Assembly (NCBI GenBank): GCA_002762785.1 | Contig: PCXY01000005.1 | Span: forward strand, 31,434 to 95,433 | Origin: Candidatus Woesearchaeota archaeon CG10_big_fil_rev_8_21_14_0_10_45_16 | Lineage (GTDB): Archaea > Nanobdellota > Nanobdellia > Woesearchaeales > GW2011-AR9 | Reading direction: 5' to 3' | Length of the DNA stretch: 64,000 nucleotides | Shown here: positions 18,978 through 27,000 of the stretch, in pieces | Layout of the letters: each line of letters begins with the position of its first letter | How positions within the stretch are numbered: position 1 is the first letter of the stretch | Notes under the pieces: generated by a model | The model's database searches: none | What the model was told of the DNA's origin: nothing | What the model saw: only the letters and a program-made list of their open reading frames with translations | Made by a program: the position numbers and the translations under genes

Positions 18978-19082
18978 AATCTCAAAAAACACCCACCCTA
19001 TATATAAATCATCTTGACAGAAATATTCCAATAGGAATATTTTATCGAAATATTTATTAAGCTGCGATGGATCCAAGACTGT

Positions 19083-19625
19083 ATGAGATCATTAGAAGAG
19101 ATCAAAAGATTACGGAAACAGTACCATCTTAACCAGAAGGAATTAGCAGATAAAGCCGGCGTATCGCAGAGCTTGATAGCCAAGATAGAGTCCGGAAAAG
19201 TAGACCCGACGTACACCAAAGCGCGGCAGATCTTTGAAGCTCTGGAAGAACTGAGAGAAAAAGCAGAGATAAAAGCGTCTCAACTCATGCACAAGAAAGT
19301 AGTCTTTATAGAGAGTAAGGATTCTTTAAAAGAAGCCATCATGACCATGCGGAAAAGAAGCATCTCTCAGATGCCAGTGCTCTCGAAAGGAAAAGTGGCA
19401 GGATTATTGACAGAGAACCTGATCTTACAGCAGATTGTCGAGAACAACGACGTCGATATCCCTGTCGGCGAGATTATGGATGACGCGCCACCGATCGTCT
19501 CACCAAAGACCGGGTTCAAGAGCATTTCAGAACTGCTGACCCATTCTCCAGTAGTGTTGGTCTCTGAAAAAGGAGAGATACAGGGCATCATCTCCAAAGC
19601 CGATCTTTTAGGCAAGATAGAATAG
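19083..19625 (+). CDS. XRE-HTH plus CBS-pair transcriptional regulator
   Basis: QKELADKAGVSQSLIAKIESGKVDP; CBS motifs SQMPV and GIISKADLL. Confidence 0.92.
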   Translation: MRSLEEIKRLRKQYHLNQKELADKAGVSQSLIAKIESGKVDPTYTKARQIFEALEELREKAEIKASQLMHKKVVFIESKDSLKEAIMTMRKRSISQMPVLSKGKVAGLLTENLILQQIVENNDVDIPVGEIMDDAPPIVSPKTGFKSISELLTHSPVVLVSEKGEIQGIISKADLLGKIE

Positions 19626-19649
19626 ATCGAATAGATTGTCAACCAGCGA

Positions 19650-20486
19650 TCAATCGCCGGCCTGGAAAGCTAAGATGTCTTCGGTGCTCAACTTCTTTCC
19701 TTTTCTCATCTTTTCACGGACTTCTTGGGTCTTCTCTTTTACTTTAGCTTTAAAACTCTTCTGAGTCTCTTCCTCGAAGTGTTCACCCAGCTCTTTTACT
19801 TTAGCTTCCAGTTCTTCTTGAGATTTCTTAGACTCTTCAAACTTGGTCTTAAGATCTACATATTTCTCAAGGATCGGTTTCTCCTCCTCACGAAGCTGTT
19901 TGATCTCCTCATAGAGCTTGCCCATGGATTCGTGCTTCTCCTGAGACTGTTGAGCCATCTCCTGCACTTTCTTATGAGAATCCTGAGCTTTACGGCGTTC
20001 TTCAGAAAGGTTTGTGCCGGCGACTTTAACTTCGTTCCAGACTTTTTCTAATGAAGCGATCTTAGCATATTTAGTTTTCAATTCTTTGAGCTTCTTCCGC
20101 AATTCCTGCTCTTTACTGAAAGCCATGACTTCAATCTCAAGTTTCTGCTCGATGGCATCGATATCTTTTTTGAGCTGGAGAGGATTTTCCTTGACGTTCT
20201 TGATCAGGTCTCGCTTCTGATCGATATCTTTACGGACTTCAGCTTTCTCTTTGACAGTAGTGTTGAGCTTGTCGCGTTCGCCTTTCAGCTTTTGAACTTC
20301 AGAAGTGATAATATCTCGCTCTTCTTTTAGAGACTTTAATCTAGCGGAGCGAACCTTGATCCGGTCCCTAAGCGACCGAAGCTGACGGTAAATCTCCTCT
20401 TTTTGGGTGTTGAGAGAACGTAGCGAATCACGAAGTGACGCCAGTTCTTTCTTCTTTTCTCTAAATTCGCGAAGGTCTGCTTCCAT
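19650..20486 (-). CDS. Archaeal coiled-coil protein (COG1340-like)
   Basis: Long K/E heptad repeats ending GKKLSTEDILAFQ; downstream of the P1 gene. Confidence 0.75.
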   Translation of the reverse strand: MEADLREFREKKKELASLRDSLRSLNTQKEEIYRQLRSLRDRIKVRSARLKSLKEERDIITSEVQKLKGERDKLNTTVKEKAEVRKDIDQKRDLIKNVKENPLQLKKDIDAIEQKLEIEVMAFSKEQELRKKLKELKTKYAKIASLEKVWNEVKVAGTNLSEERRKAQDSHKKVQEMAQQSQEKHESMGKLYEEIKQLREEEKPILEKYVDLKTKFEESKKSQEELEAKVKELGEHFEEETQKSFKAKVKEKTQEVREKMRKGKKLSTEDILAFQAGD

Positions 20487-20531
20487 GATTAAACCTTAGA
20501 AAAAGAAGAAATTAAGAAAAAAAAGTCAAAT

Positions 20532-20843
20532 TCAGCCAAACAGCGCGCCGAGACCGGCAGCTGCAGCTTCTTCTGCTTTCTTATCGTCTTCCTTCTTTTC
20601 CTCTTTCTTTTCTTTTGCAGCAGGTGCATCACCGCTGGCAGCTGGAGCAGCCGCAACTGGAGCAGCCATAGCTGCTTTGCTGATAGCCTCTTCGATGTTG
20701 ACGCCTTCAAGAGCGGCAACCAACGCTTTCACACGAGCTTCATCAACTGCGACGCCCGCTGCTGCCAGCACTGCTTTAACAGCGCCTTCAGTGACTTCTT
20801 TTCCTGCTTTGTGGAGCAACATTGCTGCGTAAACGTATTCCAT
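20532..20843 (-). CDS. rpl12: 50S ribosomal protein P1 (archaeal L12)
   Basis: [21 protein letters not shown]. Confidence 0.97.
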   Translation of the reverse strand: MEYVYAAMLLHKAGKEVTEGAVKAVLAAAGVAVDEARVKALVAALEGVNIEEAISKAAMAAPVAAAPAASGDAPAAKEKKEEKKEDDKKAEEAAAAGLGALFG

Positions 20844-20855
20844 TTTCCTTCCTCC

Positions 20856-21698
20856 CTAATCTAGTTTAGCCTCCTTCTTGACTGAAAGGGCTTGTTGTTC
20901 TGATCGTGCTAGGATCTCATCACGGGTCTCAGCCGTGAGGACAGCTGCTTCGATAGCAACTGCTTTTGCTTCCCGGAAGGCTTTCTGAACCAGCACTTCC
21001 GTGGTCTCCTTTGTAGGATAGCCGGCTTCAACCGCAAGGTTAAAGGCCCACGTGGCAGCCTGGATGAAATTCTGCGTGTATTCGGCTTCATCAACACGAA
21101 GCTGTTTCGCGTCGAATACCAGACCGTCTTCCCATACAGCCACCAAATCTAGGCCAATCTCCATCGGTTTAATATCAAGCCTTTTTAAAGTCTCTGCTAG
21201 TTTTCCGGAGATGACCGCCCCTTCCTTGGCGACAGTAACGTCATTGATGATAGCCAGCTTGCCCGCATCAACTTTAGTCTTGATACCGACAGCTGCTAAT
21301 TCTGAGATTATCGGACCTGGCGCAAAGTTGGTAGGACCGCCCTTGACGACGATATCTCGCGGCGCAGTCTGACCAGCCTTCGCCGGAGCTTCTGATTTAT
21401 TTTTTTGGATAGTTGAGTATAATGTAAAAGGATTGGCATCGCTGAACAGCAGAGCAGGCATGCCTTTGATCTTGGCTACCAGCTGATCGATGTTCTCTTT
21501 CTTAGATTCGTTAAGAGCGAGAGTCAGCAGCTTTTTCCTGGCCATGGTCATCTTGACCCCCTTCTTTCGCAGGGTATCTCTCATCTTCTGCAGCTGCTGG
21601 GCCGGAAGGTTCTGCATATTAAGAAGACCGACGATCGGGTTGTTCTGGATCTCTTTGACGAGTTCCTGTACCTGTTTTTTCTTCGTATCGCTGACCAT
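20856..21698 (-). CDS. rplP0: 50S ribosomal protein L10/P0
   Basis: GPTNFAPGPIISEL, LKRLDIKPMEIGL; start MVSD at 21698. Confidence 0.95.
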   Translation of the reverse strand: MVSDTKKKQVQELVKEIQNNPIVGLLNMQNLPAQQLQKMRDTLRKKGVKMTMARKKLLTLALNESKKENIDQLVAKIKGMPALLFSDANPFTLYSTIQKNKSEAPAKAGQTAPRDIVVKGGPTNFAPGPIISELAAVGIKTKVDAGKLAIINDVTVAKEGAVISGKLAETLKRLDIKPMEIGLDLVAVWEDGLVFDAKQLRVDEAEYTQNFIQAATWAFNLAVEAGYPTKETTEVLVQKAFREAKAVAIEAAVLTAETRDEILARSEQQALSVKKEAKLD

Positions 21699-21699
21699 C

Positions 21700-22338
21700 T
21701 TAGACCACAACCGGTTTTCCCATCGTTAGTTTGAGCGCAACATTTCTGATGTTTTGAGATTCGCTCGGCAGCTGCTTGACAGTTGCCTGATAGACAGCCA
21801 GGACATTATCGATGACATCGTCCTGCGGCTGATCTTCTTTGCCGACCATGCATTGCAGGTTAAGACCTTTCTTAGCAGAAAGGCGGACGGTTCTCCTCAA
21901 CTTATCCACTAATGGTTCTAAAGTAGCATTAGGAGGGACGACACAACCTAGTTTCGGGTTAGGCATCTTGCCGTGCATGCCTAGAACTTTACCAAAAGCT
22001 GCCGCCACTTTTGGCATCAGGGTAGCCTGAGCGATAAAATAGTCATATTCTTTGGCAAGTTTCTTGAGAGCTTTCTTATCTTGATATTTAGAAAAATCGG
22101 CTTCTTTGATGACCAGATCACAGTTCTGCTGAGCCTGATCAGCCAGTTGTTGATCGACAAAACAAGCTGTCTTGATAGGTTTTCCTTTCGGATGCTGTAA
22201 AGTTGCAAAGAAATCAACGGGATTCTGCTTGATGACAATGTTCTTAAGATTGATCACAAGATCGTAAGATTGCGTGAACTTCTTCTTAGGCTGTTTGTTC
22301 AACTCTTCCAATGCCTTTTTTACTTGTTGTTTATCCAT
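21700..22338 (-). CDS. rpl1: 50S ribosomal protein L1
   Basis: FTQSYDLVINLK, GKVLG..GKMPNP, LKLTMGKP. Confidence 0.95.
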   Translation of the reverse strand: MDKQQVKKALEELNKQPKKKFTQSYDLVINLKNIVIKQNPVDFFATLQHPKGKPIKTACFVDQQLADQAQQNCDLVIKEADFSKYQDKKALKKLAKEYDYFIAQATLMPKVAAAFGKVLGMHGKMPNPKLGCVVPPNATLEPLVDKLRRTVRLSAKKGLNLQCMVGKEDQPQDDVIDNVLAVYQATVKQLPSESQNIRNVALKLTMGKPVVV

Positions 22339-22466
22339 GAAAACCTCCTACCATAGGTAGTATTGACGGTTATTGGCTGAGGATTGGGGGTTATTTATAA
22401 AGATTTTGGTAATCAAGGGTAATGTTGGACTCCAGGTTCGCTTCAGGGACAGGTAAGAAAGCCAAC

Positions 22467-23066
22467 TTATAATGTTTCTGTGAGAAATCTCTCTTCTTTT
22501 TGCAAGGTCTCCACGATCTCCTGCCAATCACTTACCCTGATGACATTCTCCGGCAGCTGTCCGCGCTGGTTCCAGGGACAGTCCATAAGAAATACGGTAA
22601 CGCCGGCAGCCGAGCAAGTTAAAGCATTTTCCAAAGAATCTTCTACCAATATGGATACCCCTTGCTGTTTGCAGATGGCTGCTTTGCTCATTTTCGGCAG
22701 CCCGGGACTGTTGGAGAAGAGGATCTTAGAAAAACAGCCCGGGAAATTATGATGAAGCCAGCCGACGGTGCGGTCATAGATATCTGAACTGCGGGCAGTG
22801 ATTATATGTAAAGAATGCCTGGAAGAAAGATTGCCGATAGCTTCTTTAGAACCAGGTATCAGCTGCATCCTGACGAAAGCATGGGAACGAAGATATTCGT
22901 TCATGATTGAAGAGATCTTATCTTGAGGCAGACCAAATGCTTCTTCCATATAATAGGTAGTGGCATCATTGTACTTCAAGTCCGTCCCGTACTTTAAGTT
23001 ATAGTATTGCAAAAAACCGCTGACGAAATCTACCAGGACACCATCTATATCGACACCGATCTTCAT
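22467..23066 (-). CDS. HAD-superfamily 5'(3')-deoxyribonucleotidase-like protein
   Basis: IGVDIDGVL, IITAR, LVEDS, PWN. Confidence 0.85.
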   Translation of the reverse strand: MKIGVDIDGVLVDFVSGFLQYYNLKYGTDLKYNDATTYYMEEAFGLPQDKISSIMNEYLRSHAFVRMQLIPGSKEAIGNLSSRHSLHIITARSSDIYDRTVGWLHHNFPGCFSKILFSNSPGLPKMSKAAICKQQGVSILVEDSLENALTCSAAGVTVFLMDCPWNQRGQLPENVIRVSDWQEIVETLQKEERFLTETL

Positions 23067-23371
23067 TTTTCAGGTTTCTTCCCTGTTTTCTCCGCTTTCA
23101 TCTCTTTGACAGTCTTTTTGAAAGCTTCGACCTGTTTCTCCGTCAGCGAACCGAACCGGATGTAGGATTCTTTGATCTTCCTTAAGAAATAATTCTTCTT
23201 GTAGAATTCTACTGGGATGTCAAACATCTTCTTCATCACTGGGTCTTTGATGGGCTCCTCGAGACGTTTCATCTGGCAGTCCACACAGATCGGGAACTGC
23301 TGGCGGGAAAACATCTCCACCATGTTATTCTTGCAGATTGCGCAACGCTGCTTGTATTTCGCTTCAGCCAT
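23063..23371 (-). CDS. Zinc-finger hypothetical protein
   Basis: CAIC...CVDC; GSLTEKQVEAF. Confidence 0.7.
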   Translation of the reverse strand: MAEAKYKQRCAICKNNMVEMFSRQQFPICVDCQMKRLEEPIKDPVMKKMFDIPVEFYKKNYFLRKIKESYIRFGSLTEKQVEAFKKTVKEMKAEKTGKKPEK

Positions 23372-23411
23372 GATTCGTAGGTTTTCCTTGGATTTATTAA
23401 AGTATTGGTCT

Positions 23412-23540
23412 TAATAAAACAAGGAGAATATAAACTAAATAAGGACAAAAATAAACATAAATTGAATTAAATGACTAAAAATAGACCTAAATAAACAAAA
23501 ATAGAACTCAAATAAACAAAAATAGAATAATTTATAAATA
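23412..23540. repeat. A-tract-rich degenerate ~10-bp repeat in a divergent promoter region
   Basis: Units like AAATAAACAA/AAATAGAACT; AAATAAACAAAAATAGAA occurs twice. Confidence 0.6.
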
Positions 23541-23548
23541 ATGATTGA

Positions 23549-24043
23549 TTGCTGATGAGGGTGGACACAGTAGAAAAGAGGACTGAAGCAGAAAGAGTAT
23601 TGAAAACCTTACTCCAAGAGCTTGATTTCTCTCAAATTTTAGAGCTGGTCACGACAGCTAAGAACGATATTCTTATCCCCCTATCAATTTTTGACACCCC
23701 ACTGCATCCGGCTGAAGCGTTATACAAATATCTTAGGGAGAACGAACGGTTGTCCAACCAAGATATCGCAGAGTTATTGGACCGCGACCAACGCAGCGTC
23801 TGGGCCAGCTACAGAAGAGCAAAGAAAAAACGGCCGCAGCATTTTCTTAAGAAACGAGAGAGATATCAGTTTAATATCAATCTGTTCAGGAACCGGCAGT
23901 TCAGTATCCTTGAGTCCATCATATACTACTTACACACCGTCCATAGATTGAGGACCAAAGAGATGGCCAGACTGCTAGGAAGCAGCCCTAACTCAACCGC
24001 TGTCTTACTGAAAAGAGCCAAGGTGAAACATGGAAAGAAGTGA
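23549..24043 (+). CDS. Tandem-HTH (sigma70 region-4-like) DNA-binding protein
   Basis: Two repeats: LSNQDIAELLDRDQRSVWASYRRAKKK and LRTKEMARLLGSSPNSTAVLLKRAKVK. Confidence 0.75.
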   Translation: MLMRVDTVEKRTEAERVLKTLLQELDFSQILELVTTAKNDILIPLSIFDTPLHPAEALYKYLRENERLSNQDIAELLDRDQRSVWASYRRAKKKRPQHFLKKRERYQFNINLFRNRQFSILESIIYYLHTVHRLRTKEMARLLGSSPNSTAVLLKRAKVKHGKK

Positions 24044-27000
24044 CCATGGTCCGCTGAAAGAGAAAGAAAGAGTCCTCATCATGAAACAGCGGCAGCTCTT
24101 CGACAGCCTGGCAAAAAGCAGAGTGATCAAGGGGAAAGATGCAAAGCGTTTCCAGCCATTGATCAAGCATGAAGAAGAGGAGCTTAAACAAGTACAACGT
24201 GAACTCAAGATCACCAGAGAAAAGATATGGGGAGCTGAGAACAGAGAGAAAAAATACACCACCCTCCGTGTAGGCATCGCTCTCAGTTTCCTCATCTCAA
24301 TCATGGTTCTGGTTAGTTTAGTTGGTGAGGGTGGCTTTGGTCTTCACTTAACCAAGGAAGGCCAAGGTTACACCTCTTTCTTCCAGAAAAATGTGATCAC
24401 TGGAGCGGCAGTGGCAGAGCAAGAGATCTCGGCGCAGCCACAGAAAGAGATTACGGTCGAACCAGAAAGAAAATCGATCGAGACGATAATAGATGAACAA
24501 CCAGAGAAGCAGGAAAAGGTAAGCACAACGGCGATAGGCCAGCCAGGATTTTTTATCCAGAGCGATCCGCCTCTCCTGGGAGCTAACTCTAACGTCAGCG
24601 CTTATCTTTTTAACGACTCTAACAACAACATACTCATATTTAATACGACGGAAGCTAACGACTACGACAACCTTCCAGCTTCAGGTTTCTTCGGCGGGGA
24701 TGTAAGATGGTGGGAGATGGGCGGTTTCCCCGACATGGCCTACATCGGTTCGACCAGTCGGTTCAGAAAGATATTTTTCAACCTTACCTCAGAAGGGTTC
24801 TCAGATCCGAATGATGAATGGTTTTATTATGACGGTAGCGGCTGGACGCCATTCAACCCGATCAACGAGACCAAATATTTTCAACAGACCGGAATCAACA
24901 TCCTTAACTTTACGGCTGGAGCGAACTGGAGCACTGTTTCTGTCGCAGGACTATATGGACCATATTATTGGGTGCGATTTACCTGCACTGACGGTTGTCA
25001 GACACTTGGAGTAGCGCAGATCTCCATTACGGCGACAGAATGTGAAGAATATATCTCGGCCTGTAAAAGTTCAGGATGGGTTCCAGGAAGAACTTACTGC
25101 TTAGACACAGATATCATCGGTGACGATGCCAGCTGCATGGTTTTCGATAATTCCAATATCACCCTTGATTGTCAGGGAAACATGATTGATGGTGACGGAG
25201 ACAGCAGCGGTCACGGCATTGATGTCACCACTCATGACAACATAACCATCGATCACTGCCTTATCAGTGATTTTAACCGAGGAGTATATTTCAGCGGCTC
25301 AGACGATTCCGTCGTGAGGAACTCCAACCTTACCCTTAACGTCGATGCGGGAATCTATATCACCAACAGCGACAACGGCACCGTGTTCAACAACTCCATC
25401 ATAGATCATGAGGGAACTTCTGCAAACGCAGACGGCGGCATCTTTATCAATGATCAAGCCCAGCATTGGAATATCTCTTTTAACAACTTCAGCTCTAACT
25501 ATTTCGGCATCAACTTCTATGGCAGCGCTGGACTTAATTCTCACAACAATGTCACCAGCAACCGTTTTGAAGGCAGCACCAGGGCGATCGGATTCCATAG
25601 CAACAGCGACGATACTGTCATAAAAGACAATATATTCTTAGACAGCACGCAGTATGCGGTGATCTTTGGGACAGCATCAGCTAACCAGAACAGATTTTAT
25701 AATAACCAGTTCAACGGCTCTACAACATTTGACATCTTTTTAAACATAGCACCAGGGGGCTTATACCAAACTTTCCTCAACAACTTTGCAGACGGATACG
25801 AGTTTTTCATGTGTTTCAATGATACATCATTCAGGTCAAACAACAACAGGACTGAAGCAGACAAGATCTTTAACATCGGTTCTTCCATCATCTATCAATG
25901 CAACAACGCCATCATCAATAATCTGACGACAGCATTCCATGTATCAAACAGTGATGATTTTGGAGCTCTGCTTATCACCGAAAGCGACAACGTCATCGTC
26001 AATAACAGCAATTTCACCAGCAACCTGGAAGGGATCAGCGTCAGGACATCTAACAATGCCACTATAAAGAATTCAGTATTTTACCTGAACGGTGATGCGG
26101 GGATCTACGTGAGTACTGGTGACAGTGGGACTATCTTTGGGAACACTTTCGTAGACCAGGATGGATCATCCAACAACCAGGACGGAGGCATCTTCCTCGA
26201 ACAGCTCAGTGATTACTGGAATATCACTGGCAACAATTTTTCATCTAACTACCACGGCATCAATCTTTATGGGAGCGGAGGAGTCAACACTTTTAACAAC
26301 ATCACGGCTAACTATTTTGATGGCAACACCCGAGGAGTAGCCTTCAACAGCCAGGGCCGTAGAAACATTATCCAGGACAACATCTTCCGTGGTCAGACGC
26401 AGTATGCAGTAATTTTCAACAGCGCGAGTGAGCTTTATGACGAGTTCTACAATAACCAGTTTAATGGATCGACGACATTTGACGTATTTTTGAGTTCTAT
26501 TGCGCTTAAGCATAACTTTCGAAATAATTTTGCCGACGGCTATGAATTTTTCATGTGTTATAATGAGAGTTATTTTGTGAGCAGCAACAATATGACCTTA
26601 GTTGACAGAGTATTCAGCCTAGGGTCTTCTATCCTGGCCGAATGTCCTTATGCCACGATCGACAACCTGACAGTGATGAACCATGTCTCCAACTCAGACG
26701 ATTTCGGGGCTTTCCTCATCACGCAAAGCAGTAATGTTACAGTAACAAATAGTAACTTCTCCTCAAACCTAGAAGGGATCAGTGTCCGTAGCTCTGATAA
26801 TGTAACGATCAAGAACTCAAAATTTTCCAGCAACACCGACGCGGGGATCTATCTCAACACTGCCGACAACGGAACTATCTTTAACAACACTTTCGTAGAT
26901 CAGGATGGATCATTCAACAACCAGGACGGAGGCATCTTCTTCGAACAGCTCAGTGATTATTGGAACATATCGCATAATACGTTCACTTCAAATTATCATG

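Noticed and set aside
22344-22360. CTACC-TAT-GGTAG hairpin beside the rpl1 SD as an L1 autoregulatory site
   Set aside because: Only 5 bp, barely overlaps the SD, and no recognisable L1-binding motif
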